Made by a program: the position numbers and the translations under genes. 64,000 nt of DNA from Lingula anatina (taxonomy: Eukaryota; Animalia; Brachiopoda). The stretch spans positions 2,294,001 to 2,358,000 of the forward strand of contig CM120642.1 of NCBI GenBank assembly GCA_051362555.1. Reading direction: 5' to 3'. The notes under the pieces are model-generated. The model was not told where the DNA came from, searched no databases, and saw only the letters and a program-made list of their open reading frames with translations. The stretch's first letter is position 1. Each line of letters opens with the position of its first letter. Shown here in pieces: positions 49,230 through 63,026 of this stretch.

Positions 49230-52200
49230 TTACACTATTGTATAGGGATAATTATGAAGCAAAGTAATTTCTATACTTATGTCTCAAGAGTTTGCTTTGA
49301 TTATTCTTACAATGCAAGTAGGGATGTCAAACTATTTCCAATATATGTACCCGGCAAATGACATCATATAATTTCAAAAAGTATATTTCAAAGAAATGCC
49401 ATAGGATATCCTTTTTTAATTCCCGAATAATGATGACTGGACGGACAAATTCTGCTCACTTTCTGTGCTATACCAGTATATAATCGTCGGTCCTTTTCGG
49501 CAACAATTTGACGTCCATACAAAACAAAAAAAGACTCCAGGGTAACAGGAGTGGTAGGTCGTAGAATAACACTCTTTTGTGCAAGTGACATTCGTCACAT
49601 GCTCTCCCAAATACTTCTTCCCTACCTTGACCAGTACTAAGCATATGTGACCCCGGACTTCTATTCGAAGGACTGCCATTTCTGATATACTCGGGCAAGG
49701 AGAGCGTTACCGTCACTCATAATTACAATTGACTATAAAGTAAAGAAATCAACAATTGTATAACTATGGATAATCGCAACCTTTAAAGATTGCACACAGA
49801 ACAATGGTTGTGTGTTTGCAATAGCCGAAAAACGATGACTGAAAGAAAATTTTGTATCTGTGTGCACCTGTCTTCATAAATGTCGCCTCGATAATACAAA
49901 ACTGACACACCACCAAAACAATCTATTGTTACCACCGCCGTAATAAGAAATCACGACTTTCCCAATTTCTTTGTTTATCTTATAGTACATAACATCTTTA
50001 GGCACTTTCTCTTCTACTTACTTATGGCGTTTCCCGGCTCTTGAAAATCACACATGCTTGCCTTTAAAAACCTCCGAGCCACGCACGCTTGGTCCAGTTG
50101 AAAGAGTAGCGTGTTATCTACGAGAGAGCACTGATTCAGAACAGCTTGGGAGAACTCTGTATGTGGGATGAGGCCAAGGATGTCTTCCCCCCTACCCTTT
50201 TTAAGTTGCAAGTCAGGGTACTTGGTATATGTGCATGCTCTTTCGTATATTTTGAGTTCAAATTGGGAGTCTGGTATCGAACACTCAGGGAGTGGAGAGT
50301 ACATAAATGTATTTGATGACACATAGTCCATGACTTCCTTCATCGATTCTAAGTAGCTCGTCACCATGAAACGTACTTGATATTGCCACTGTTTCTTTTT
50401 TAATGACTTTCCCAACAAAGCTTTTTGTTCAAAATCTTTTTCAGCTGTGGATCTTGTCGGCAAGATGCTTACTTGAAATGGCTCTAGAAAATCCACTTCG
50501 GTATTAAATACAGCTATGTTAAATACAGCTATGTTTTGATAATCAGGTGGATTTTTCTTGAAGTGTTTGACTAACTCTCCATAGATCCTCGGTAACTCCA
50601 CCTTGATCACGGTACCAAAACAAGGCAAGGTACAACATATGGTAGCTTGCACGTGTGTTTCTGCCAAAGATACGTGCCCTTTGAAAGAACAAAGTATGAT
50701 TAGATCAAGACCAGCATCGAATAGATTATAAGTCATTTGGCGAAATCTAAACCTGTATTTATCTAGTTTACATCGCACTTTAAGACCAGGAATTAATGTT
50801 GCTTGTAAAACCATGAAACATATAATTTAACAATGGCAAATATTGTCACATTGACACATTTTATTGCACGTACACGAACTCAACAATGTCAAACACACAG
50901 ATAAACAACATTAAACATAATAAAGAACGAGGTACGTACTTCTGCCGTGTATCGTATTTCCCTGCACTTCAAAACCATCAGTAAAACCATCAGTACAGAC
51001 CGCGCCACAAAACCTCTGAGCCTCTTTGTCAGCTTCCAGAATGGCCTTTCCCTCATTTTTCTTGGCTTCATTGAACCGTGTCAGTTCCTCGTCAGCGCAT
51101 GGGCCCTTCCTCTCTGTGTTGGCGTATATCTCTTTTATTTTCCGATAGTCCGCTTGGTACTTCTCGTACCCTACTGCGCCTGTGTAGTGACCAGCCTGGA
51201 TCTTCTTTGCAATATTGGAATATGCATTTTGCAAAACTTTTCTACACTTATTCCTTGAGACTTTCTTGTTCTGCTCCACACATTGCGTATAGAGTGACAA
51301 CAGGTACGCCTACAGGGTACAAAGTACATACTCTATCTGTTAAGGTATATTAGGCATCTGTTACATGTTTACATCGTTAACTTTCCTTTGTTATTGACCA
51401 CATAACAAGTAGCGTCTTTTATTTGGTTAGCATTAGGGGCATTTCATTTGTCGTTGATAACACTCACTTTGGTGCACTGTTATATCATTCTGAATTCTAA
51501 TTTTGACAAGATGCTTACTTGTAATTTCTTTTGAAAATTCCCTTCAGCGTCAAATACAGCTATACCCTTGTAAACACGGACGGCTTCTTCATTTGCCTGC
51601 TCGTGGAGACTTGGCAGCTCCTTCAACGAGAGGGGCATGTTCGGGAGAGCTTCCTTCTCCATCATGGTGCTGTAGCTCCTTACACTTTCATCCAAAGCCC
51701 TTTGACATTCCACCTGCTTCATGGTCTCCACTGCGGTACCAATACATGGCATGACACCAGAGTTGATGGCTTCCACGTACGTTTCTGCCAAGGATAAGTA
51801 CCCAATTTGAAAGAAAAAAGTATGACTAGATCAAGACTATCATCAAATAGATTATTAGTCACCTGGCGAAATATACCCCTGTATTGATCTAGTTTACATA
51901 TTGCACTTTAAGACCAGGAATTAATGTTGATTGTAAAACATGGATTATCACTAAACAACTTTGAAACGTATGATTTAATAATGGCAAATATTGTAACATT
52001 GACAGATTTCACTGCACATGCACGAACTCAGCAATGATAAACAGAAAGATAGATAACATTTACAAAATAAAGAACGAGTTACTTCTGCCATTTATCAGAT
52101 TTCCCTGCGCTTTTAAACCACCGGCGTCAGTACAGACAGATACACGCAGCGACACCTCATCTTCGAGTGGTTTTTGAAGGACAAAGCAATTTCTTTGGGG

Positions 52201-52650
52201 AAAGAAATTCCGGATATACTCCCTGGCGCTGGAGTCAAAAATGGTTCTGCTCTTGCCTTTTCTAAATTGCAAGGCACGCTCAAGGTACTCGTCAGGATTG
52301 CATGCTCTTCTGTCGATTTTGAGCTGAAGGGTGAAATCACGTAAAACCCACATGAATTGCGGAAAGTACTTGCTGAATGATTCTCTTGTCTCCTCGCTGC
52401 TGTCGATTTGTCCTTTAATATGCTCTGCCAATTCTGCAACCAACCTGCTATTTAATGTATTCAAGGAAAATATGATTTGTATCAGCATATTTGTATTTGC
52501 ATAAATTAGACATAATGTCAAGTCCGACATAAAGATCGTATGAAGTCATATGATGTAACGCGTTGTGGTGTAATAGCTCTTGAGTAATGCGGCGTCCTGG
52601 GTCCTGGCCGCTATACCACCTAGCGGTCAGTGAGTGTGAACTCTTCTCAC

Positions 52651-52697
52651 GTCAGTCTGATGAAGGCCTTCGACCAGGTTGGCCGTAAGCTAACGAC
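52651..52697 (+). ncRNA. Degenerate minimal hammerhead ribozyme (GAAA changed to GTAA)
   Basis: gtcagt-CTGATGA-aGGCC..12 nt..GGCC-GTAA-GCTA-acgac; palindromic AGCT stem III. Confidence 0.55.
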
Positions 52698-52736
52698 ATG
52701 AAAAAAATTGAGGCTTGTGTTTAAGAATCTCATGTA

Positions 52737-52860
52737 TAATTATAATAATAATAATAATAATAATATTTATTTCTTAAAACCGCACTACACTAGCGTCTCA
52801 GTGCTGTTTACAGGTAAAATTATTAGGATTACAACTTATTATATATATAATAAAAGCTAA

Positions 52861-52910
<50 letters not shown>

Positions 52911-54100
52911 AATTAAAATAATTAAAACTGGTTAAAATAGTAATAGTCTGAACAATAAAACTTTTTTTCTGATAAAATGAGAAGATATTAATTAAAATAC
53001 TGTGCAAATAAGAATGTTTTTAAATCTTTTTTAAAAACCTCAACACTGTCAATAGTCCGAATGTGTGAGGGTAATTGATTCCATAAAATTGGTGCTGAAA
53101 TTTAAAATGCCCTGTGGCCGTAGGTTTTGGTTGTTTTTTTATTATCATTTCTGATAAAACAAGGAGTGGATGTGGATCTGGTAGACCTGGTGAGACTGGG
53201 TGTACTTGGATGTAGCATCGAGTTAAAATATGAGGGGCATTCACCTCTAGTGAATTTAAAAACAAACTACAGTAATTTAAAAACAATTCTCTGTCGTACA
53301 GGAAGCCAATGTAGTTCGAATAAAATGGGTGAAATGTTTGATCTGAGAGGGATTTTGGTCAGTAGTCGTGCTGCAGCATTTTGGACAGATTGCAATTTTT
53401 CAATTTGATAGGTAGGAAGACCATACAGTAGACTGTTTCAAGATGTGAAGTTATAAAGGCATGGACAAGCCTCTCCATTTGACTTTTATCAAGGATGTGG
53501 GATAGTTTGGAAATTTTTTAAGACCATAGAAAGCGGCTTTGCATTTTTTGCTGATGTCGGCAGCCATATCGCACCTAATATCAAAAATTACTCCAAGGTT
53601 TTTAACCTCATCTTTTACCGTGACTGTACTGTTTCCAATTTCTAATAGTTCTAGTTTTTCCGCATCCTTAGAAAAACGAGAAGTAAAGTGAACTACTTCT
53701 GTTTTGCCATCATTGAAAACAACTGAATTGGCATTAAGCCATTGGCTCAACTGAATAATACATTTCTGGATAGATGGTATTACATCTGATGGCCTGTCGC
53801 AAACAATATAAATTTGTGAGTCGTCTGCATAGAGCATAAGGTTAAAACCGTACTCAGAGACAATGTCCTCAATTGGTGACGTGTAGAGAGTGAACAGGAT
53901 GGGGCCGAGTACAGAACCTTGTGGTACACCACAAGTTAGTGGTGTTGACGGTGATTTGTGAGTGCCTATTGAGACTGATTGTTCACGCTCAGTCAGGTAT
54001 GATTTGAACCATGCCAATGCAATACCATCTATACCGAAACGATTTTTTAGTCTGTTGAACAAAATTTCGTGGTTTATTGTGTCAAAGGCTGCAGACAAAA
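52737..54100 (-). mobile_element. 5'-truncated L2/CR1-type LINE inside the GBP intron
   Basis: [25 protein letters not shown]; frameshifted 3' part; AATAAA plus (ATT)n tail near 52740-52770. Confidence 0.9.
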
Positions 54101-54127
54101 ACAATTATACAATTATAGGTAGTTTAA

Positions 54128-54384
54128 GGCTTCATTCACATGCACTGTCTATTTTCTAAATTCTATTTTCTATGCGCGCTATCTCATGATCAAGGTCTGT
54201 GCCCTGAATATCCCGCCGCGTAATTACTGGCAGCGCGAGCCAGTTACTTATAGTAACTTATAGTAACTGGCTCGCGCTGCCAGTAATTACGCCGCGGGAT
54301 ATTCAGGGCACAGACCGTGATCATAAGACATACCGCAAATAGAAAATAGAATTTAGAAAATAGACATTGCATGTGAATGAAGCC
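54128..54384. mobile_element. Harbinger-like MITE family D, almost wholly palindromic
   Basis: Same TIR as 47141; TAA TSD. Confidence 0.85.
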
Positions 54385-55851
54385 TAAGTCTGCGTCATAC
54401 AGGTAGATAAGAAATAAGTATATAAGCGATACCTTGAGACACATAGGGGAGAGATACGGGATCTAAAACGTAATGTCCTATTTCAAGCCACGCTTGAATT
54501 AAGCGTACAAAATTATATAAGTTTAGGACATTCCCATATGTAAGAGGTTCATTACAATAAGGCAATATGCTTAAAACAAGTATACAGAATGAAGCATACA
54601 ATATGTGTTATTTTTTCTTTGCTGTTTAATATTGATCTTTTTATACAGGTATATTAAGGATACTGCAGTTTTGTGATGGTATCGCCTTCAGTGGTTCCTT
54701 GATCGTTGTAGACCAAGCAAAGGAGAACTGCCAGAGGGCCGAGTTGGCTGTCATAAGACGAATCCCCGTTTTTCATACCATAGAGGCCCTCGGTGTTAAT
54801 GTTACTATCCCTGGGGTGGGGCTGGGCCCATTTCCAGATCTTTTTGGTTTTAGACTGGACCGTGCTGCCTATGTCGAATCCATAGTTCTTGCCGTAAAGC
54901 CTGTTCATCAGATACGACTTGCCCGTGTGGTATTTGCTGACGATGGCTACTATGTTCAGCAGGCATTTTTTGGCTTCTTCGTTGATGGTAAACTTGCGTC
55001 CATCACCACAGTTTGTGATCAAGGGCAGAGGTTTGACCATAACGTAATGTGCCTACATAACAAAAGGAATAGTGGATCTTTAATTTTACCCTTAACTCAC
55101 ATACAATGAAGCAATGGATTCCCACCTTGGAATCCCCGCGTACAAATTGGTGTATGATGTTTAATGCAGTCTGAGAATTACTTACCAACAGATTAAGAAT
55201 GAATCACTTGGAGCAGTGAGAACGAGGCCAAGTAGTAGGAGACAGCCACCGTCAGAGCACTCCAAGAATTACTTACAAAATCTATCAATCGGTTAGAAGT
55301 ACAAGATCAAACAGTTTATAATAGTCGTCTCGAGTGAAAACAGTTTAACTAACATGGACCTTGCCATAAGGGTTTTTAATAGTTAAATCTTTTTAATTGT
55401 TAAACCTTTGCTAAATCTGGACTAACACTCGATCTTGACAGGTGCACTACAATACAGTCGCATCGGTGAGTAGTGCTCAATGTGTAGCACTAGTTCAAGT
55501 CGATCTTATTGACTCGACAATATATTTGTGTCTCCTCATTAACTCAAGCAAAAGTATAAGTTCTAGTTAAGTACAGACACAAATATGGTGTTTGAAATTT
55601 GGCCGGTTATGGCCCCTTTTACTGAAAGGTCCCTCTAGTAAAAGAATAGTGGTAAGTTGTAATATAGCATTAAGGTATGTTGAATTAATTAAAATTACGT
55701 AATGTAAAAGCATATATAATAAATATCCAAACACATAGTGCACATATTTTCATTTGTGGGGCTGCAAACAGGCCAACAAGGCAGGGTGCCCTCCTGATGA
55801 TGGGGCCTCGCACGTTGCGGTACAGCATGTACTGTCCGACATCAGGCAGAT

Positions 55852-56542
55852 CCCAGCAGGCATAGTTGCGTTGGATCAACGTTGAAAACAGGTTGATACG
55901 TTAAATTGCCGTTGATCTACCTAAATTCAACGTTAAATCAACATTGATCCAGCCACGTGGAAACACCATCATAATGAGACGTTGACTAAACGTTGTATTT
56001 TGGTCAATGACACAACCTTGCAGTTATGGATTTAAATTAAAAATATTAATATGAAAACGTGATACTTTGTTTATCAATACTGTAACTAAATTTATCAATA
56101 ACAAAATGGTTTTAAAGTAAAAGTGAATTCCTTGCAAGGTCAGCTAACACTAGGATGACTAAGTTGCTGTAAATGAGATGGAGTTAACAGTTCTTGGTAA
56201 CCTGTTATAGATAGGTTCAGGTGACTGTGACTTTGTTATATATATATATATATATCTTAACTCAATATATATCTATATATTAATCTAAACCTTGGATATT
56301 TTAACTTAAAGGCCATAAATTTATACCCTACATGTATTTAGCCATCAAACATGTCCTACTGCTAAACACATCCAGGCTAATTTCCCTCTGGATTGGGTTG
56401 ATATAACATTGTTTTCTGACGTTGATACAACGTTGTTATCTGAGGTTGACTCAACTTTCAAATCCAACGTTTATTCAATGTCTTCTCAACGTTATGGTTC
56501 AACGTTGTTTCAACGTTAAAACAACATAATTTGCCTGCTGGG
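55852..56542. mobile_element. CMC/EnSpm-like MITE
   Basis: TIR CCCAGCAGGCA, 2-bp TSD AT, subterminal CAACGTT repeats; a related end at ~61987. Confidence 0.7.
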
Positions 56543-58549
56543 ATGGACCCCGTCTGCAGTAATGTGTACCTACGACGGATTGCTTAGACCGACATTCTTC
56601 CAAAAAGTAATAAACTGATGTCTTTGTGCGATATCTGAAAGAAAGTATTAAGTTGTTCAACTTGATCACTGAGATATGAAAAAGGCCAAATTCCTCGTGA
56701 AGGCTCCAAGCGAAGTCCTCAATGCTCCTACCTACATCCAACGGAGAAATGATTAAGTCAGAAAGGTAATTCGACCCAAGGCGGGGTGAACCTGGCGAAG
56801 GGCATCCCAGTCGTACCTAGCTAGTCCACCCATACTGTGCCAATCTTTCTCCATGCGCCTGTCCCTACCTTGGTTGAGATACGAACGAAGCCTATGAAAC
56901 AAAAGAGTGACCAATGAAGAGAACCGCCATGGCCAACTGTGTTGAAGACTTAATTTAAATGCAATGAAAACCTTGTAATGATGCATGTAAGAGTCTCCTA
57001 GAGCTTGGTTGGATCCATGACTGACACAGACGAAACAAAGGAAAAGTAAGCAGTCACAAAGCGTATGAAAAACAAAAATTGTCAGCAAGGCTCAATATCT
57101 ATCATTAATCCTCAATTCTCAAAGAGCTTACATCAAAGTGAGACCCAGTATTAGTGTTTAACTTTGGCTTCAATGCTGCCCGCGTTCTCACTGACTGGAA
57201 AGAGAATTTTCAAGGAGCTTAGCCTAGATTACATTTACATGGGCGCCGTGCGATGAAATCGTTCGTACGATTTTTTTATTGAAATCGTAAACGGGCCATG
57301 TCGAGTATGTCTACATTACATGGCCTAAAATCCGTACGATTTCACACTGCCACCATCTACCTTCTCTCAGATACCGTGCGAAAAGGGTGTTAATTAAGAC
57401 TCTTTTCTGGTCTTCAAACCAAATTCGGACGACGTCCTTTGGTTCTTGTTTACAAGAAGCTCTGCTCTGGTCCTACACCTGTAAATGTACATCATGACGT
57501 ATACAAACGTTCCCCAAACGTGTCCTTAGCTGGCTCTCGATCTTTTGGGCCCCAAACTTTTTTCTGCGGTAAAGTCTTTATTTGCAAACCTGCCAATATG
57601 ACGTTCGTGGGAGGGGAGAGGGTTAATTACTTGCAGTTAAGCAACCCAAACATTTGGTTGATTCGCAAGATCAGCAGTTAGTTGGGTGATATTTCACAGC
57701 ATAAATTAAAAGAGATAAATTGCACAGTATAACCTTATGACCCATACCCTAGGTTCTAGATTCTGGTATTGCCAGCTTGATCTTGATTTCATATATAACC
57801 CATATCAACAATGCCGGTAAAAGCAACCCCATCACAAGGTATATTTAACAAGCTAGCTTTTACGTTGCTCTGACACTCAGGGTATACAGTGACCCAAGGA
57901 TACTGCTTATAATTATTTATTCCCTTCATGCTTCCGCCCCAACCGAGCACTTGTAATAGGGAACATCCGAGATAGCCTTTTTTGAACATCTGCGCAGCAG
58001 ATGACGTCAAACGAGACCTGGATTGGAGCGAGATTTCACGAGAGGTGGGGTTAAAATCTGCCATTGAAACTTCTCTCGCGGTTGTGCACAAGTCTATGTT
58101 ATAGGATTGCATTGAGTAAATTTTGGCGTTGTCATGTAATTTGAGATAGAGCAACGCAATGGCGAATTGCTAATGTTGTGTCGTAGGGTGCATTGCAGTA
58201 AAACCTAACCGAGAAAACCAGGAAAATGACCATGGATGACAGACACGACTGGCGAGAGAAGTGAAGTAAAGAAAGAGAAGTAGTTGGGCTTGAACAGATT
58301 AAAAGGACTAAGTGCCGACATATTTAAAGTACAGATCAGGTCGCAGTATTTTGTAGGAAGAAAGGGACCAACTACAAACAACTAGCACCCGACACGTCAC
58401 TGGCTTCATGGCATCACCGTATAGACCGTATCATCAACGGTCGAGGGACATATTAATAAGTAAGTTTTGTGTGTGTAGTTTACAGGACACCATGGTTTAT
58501 TAACGTAATGCAGCCCTAGTACTTGTGATTAATAGTCTTTTACGGTAAC

Positions 58550-58728
58550 CAGGCCCGTAGCCAGCAATTTTAGAGGGGGGGGGGGGTCGTTTTCTGAAAA
58601 AGTGGACCTTTTACCATAAAATCCTCAAGTACATAGATCAAATTGTACCCAGAGTGGATCTTTTCCCAGCAAAAAGGGTGGTTCTTTCGAACCCCCCAAA
58701 CTCCCCCCCCCCCCTGGCTACGGGCCTG
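58550..58728 (+). mobile_element. hAT-like MITE family F
   Basis: TIR CAGGCCCGTAGCCAG; TSD GTAAC. Confidence 0.8.
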
Positions 58729-61700
58729 GTAACTATATCAGACAAATTTGCTTATACCATTCCTGTCTCCATATAACGTGTACTTGATTATGAAATACTG
58801 GTGAACCTTCCACACCTATTAAGTATACACAATGTTCAGTTGCGTTTGTAACATTCCATGCCGGGTGGTCAGTTATGATAATTGCAAGTAAGATAGAAAT
58901 TAGAGTTGGTATTTTACAACAACGTTTATCACATAATGATATATATTTCAGAAAACTAAGTGAGTTAATTATTTTTTATTTTAGAGCATGACAGACACAG
59001 CACATGTTATTGAACCAGGCAAGAACTGTGAGAATCATGTGGTCAGGATAATCAGATGTTGAAGATTGCTCAGTGTATATTAATCTCTTATGTCCTTAAT
59101 TATTATGTTGTTGACTAAAATTATATCAGGAATCAACAGATGGCATTTTTGCCTGGGTGTCACTTACAGTATCAGGCATTTTCTTTATTACTTTAAAATG
59201 AAATATTTGGTTTTATGAATATATATGCCTATGTATTGTACTGCACTAGTAATTTAATGAAGAAAATAATTTTTCTTGCTAGTATCATTTTTATGTTACT
59301 GTAGTGACTTTTTTAATAACTATATGACACCTGTTTTTCATATCATTTACTCGGATCACAAATACAAGTTCGCCTTTGTTGTTGTGTTTATTTGTTGTAT
59401 TTATGTATAACTGTCAATAAAATGCAATGATTCTGTGAACATTTCAACTTATATGTTGTCCATTTTAATACTTTCTTTTGCCATCTTTCCTGTCATTTAA
59501 GTCAGATCTGATCACAATAAAACTTACATTGTGTGAATGCTATCCACTAGTTTCTATAGCATCATTTTCATAAGTAAATAAATGAAGAAAATTAACTTTA
59601 TGATCAAATTTGAGCTTTTTGAACTAGTTACTACAAATTTAGTGAAATTAAAACAAAGATGCAGGCAAGTCAAATGTTCTGATATGCAATCCATCAGTAA
59701 ATGAAATGTCAAATGATTTTATTTTACTTCTTTAAAAATAAAGTTTAATAGTAAAACATTTATAAAGAAAAAGTTGCAGTTATGATGCTTTTGTTGTTCA
59801 AAATTTAAATTTAGTAATTATGATAACATAAAAATGAAGCAATTAAGCCCTTGACAGCACTGGATTATTTTATTTACAAATGTCCAATGCTTGTAGAATG
59901 TACATGGACCTACTTTCAACATTGATCTCATTGAAAGCAAAACACTCCTGCCACTCCCATAAAGTGACAAAAAGGTTGCAAATGAATCTCACGTCAGTTG
60001 TACGTACATATTATATCAATACTTTTTCTTTATAAAGTGAAAAAAGAACAAGCCTGTAGCTCAAAAATTTTGGAAGTTCAGCTATTTTTCAAGTAAAGAA
60101 ATCGCTGCTCTACTTCCTTGTGGTCTCCATATTTTAACCCCACCTCAAGGCGAGCTCGTAAAATCACGGGGAAATGTGGTCTTCTCGTTGAGAACCCGGA
60201 CAACCTCTATTGATACTACATGTATATGTTTCTTGATTAATTAAATGTGGAAGATCCGAAAGGTGAGAAGAAGGCGCAGACTTTTGGCAGGTCAGGTCAC
60301 AACGTAATGTATGCGGCATCTCAGGTCACAGGACAGTGAGTTGAACTCGAGACATATCCCTCTCCTACAAAACCCCGAGTATATATGCTCACCCTGCTTC
60401 CTTCATATCTTTATAACAATTCAGCATCATTATATGGTTCTATTAATAATGTTGTAAACAAACATCTAATAAAATTTGATATTTGAAAAAAATATATTGT
60501 AGGGTTTTACAAGCATGACTTCTTTGCACCATTACTATTAGGTTCCAAATAAGTATACCTGCAAACAGTAAAGATTGTTTGATATTAATAAAATATATGT
60601 TAATCATAATAACTAAATCAATCTGCCGGGTAACTGGCTACCGGTTATTGAATTACTTTAATATGAAATGGAAAAATATTTTGGAAATGTTTAATTGAAA
60701 CAACTGAATAAGGTAAAAGATTCCCTACTCTGAGAAGCCATGATATTCTCCCAACAAAGAGGGAGGGGGTGCAGGAGCACAATTAAAGCCCTTAACCTCT
60801 CTCCTCATAAATCAAGGCTCTGATATTTTACATTAGTATTTAAATTCAGGATATTTACAGAAATGTGTGAACATGATATTAATTCGAGAAAGGGTATTTT
60901 AAAGTTTTTGTAAATGTTAAAAAGGATATTACCAAAAATATGTAGATTTCAATATTGAGAAGACATGTTCCATTCTATTCCCCCTCTCCTGATTTCCTGG
61001 CCCGAGGAGCTATATGTTTGTCGTACGCTCTGAGCGAGCTTGATAGAAACCAGAGATAGTGAGATTTTATTTCCCGAGTCAGACTATATACCGACTTACC
61101 AATCTTACAGGTTAAAATAAGTGTGGGAAAGGGGGGGGGTATACATGTATATCTTCTTAACCGACCAAGCTAGATAATCACGAAACATGATAAAGTAAAG
61201 GCCTATCAATTGAAACTATCAACTTGACATCTTTTTTTTTTTATCTTGACATCTTTTTTTTTTTTATTTCAGATCGTTATTTCATAAAAAAATAGTTGCA
61301 TATAAGAGATAAAATTCACAAAAAAGAATATAAGGTGTGGTAAAAGCCTTCGAACAGATAAATGAGATGTACAGTTAATTTTTTGTTTTGCCTTGGATTG
61401 GATCCATGGTACAAAAGCAACAGTAAAAAACTCTTCATCTACGGGTATGCACCATATATGTAAACCTGCACCGTCAATCAAATCCACACGTGGTCAACTG
61501 TGTCATACTAGGAATTTGTGTGTTTATTGATAGACTATATGTTTATATTTACAGTGGCGGATTTAGAGGGATGGCAAGGGAGATCAGGACCCCCATTCGA
61601 TTTCTGATACCCTCTTGAAATTAGAATTTTGACTGGCAGAATCATAGTTCTCAACGGTACCAAATGGTAATGTTATATAATAATATAATATATAATAAAT

Positions 61701-63026
61701 TTCCATTCAAATAGTACACATATTTTTGTTTGGCAAAGAAGCCAACAAGCCAGTGTAACGTAACGTGTACAGGCAAGCTTCGCCCTAGGTTTTAATCCAC
61801 TTACATGTAGGTCAGACTAACCGTTATAACCACATGTATATGGTGGGCGGACTTTCTGTAACACGGACCCCAAGTTTTGTTACTTAATTTGTAGCCAAGA
61901 GGGATTGCTTACATCGACATTCCTTCAAAAAAAAATTAATAAATAAGTAAATTAATAAATAAACGGGGAATATCTGGAAGAAAAGTCCCAGCGGGCATAG
62001 TGACATTGGATCAACGTTGAAAACGCGTACTGTAATTATCTCCTGTAGGCGGCGCCGCTGCCTTCAACAAGGATAATAATTCTGTTTTGTGGGATATTGT
62101 CCAATGTTTTCTTTAAAAAAAAAAGCTTGGCGGAATTTGTCCGGATTATTTGGAGTTTGGTTCTACTCTGGTTTGCACACATTAATTCATGACACGGGTG
62201 CACAGTAGGTCTATTATCAGGGCATATATATATAAGGAAGTCATGGTCACCTTAGCCTGTTATGTCTATCGATCTATCTATAACAGGAAACCGTGAATTA
62301 TCAACATCATAAACTTTACTCAATCACATTTCAGCTTGTCTTAATCATCCTTGTGTAAGTTGACCTTGCGGGGAAGTTTATTAGAATGTATTTCTGAAAA
62401 ACAGGTTATGGAAATTTGCTTGTTCACTATAGACACCTATCACTTTTACATTAAAGCAATGTTTTTCATATTTTGTCTGATAAAGTTCGTTACAGCACTG
62501 ATGTCTATTTAATCTTTTCCGGAAGTAATGGACAATAGAACATCAGGATGATGTAGGGTATTCAGGATAATAGTTTATTTAAGTTTTCATCATGTGCTGG
62601 TTATTTCGGTACCGATAGTCCGAAGATTCTACAATTTGCACCGCACAATATTGGCAGCGCTGTAGTGAATTTATGTTGTAATGTAAAGCAAGACTGGTGG
62701 ATTATGCAGCACTACTATTAATGTTAATAGGCTAGCTCTAACTATAGCCCATGGCAACATACACATGCAGCTGCCGTAAATTCATATTAACACATTATTT
62801 CATATATAGGCCTTTATTTAAACATCGTATCACGTCTTTAATGATTAACTAGAGGATCAGAGAGGCGATACCGCCTCCAGATATTGTACCACCAGCTGGA
62901 GTAAGAGCATTCGTATGGACCCCCCTCCAAAAAGGGACACCATCACCAAGCTAGTGCTTGACAAGCTCTATAAAATGCAATCAATAAGAGCTCTGAAAGT
63001 TTGCAAAAAAAAAAAAAAAAATACAA

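Larger units (their letters stand above)
52448..54663 (-). other. U12-type (minor spliceosome) GT-AG intron
   Basis: 5' site GTATCCTT; branch site TTTTCCTTGAAT about 10-12 nt before TAG/CAG; no polypyrimidine tract. Confidence 0.8.
50470..55040 (-). pseudogene. GBP: Guanylate-binding protein (GBP)-like pseudogene; exons ~55040-54664, 52447-52083, ~51803-51519, 51309-~51030, then duplicated exon pieces to ~50470
   Basis: VAIV-SKYHTGKSYLMNRL, STVQSKTKKIW, NTEGL, FPQFMWVLRDFTLQL, YVEAINSGVMPCI, ERKGPCADEEL motifs; altered P-loop, in-frame deletions, no AG before exon 3. Confidence 0.85.

Noticed and set aside
56499-58154. ORFs of 80-121 aa
   Set aside because: No convincing motif or splice structure; possibly very old RT debris, but unsupported
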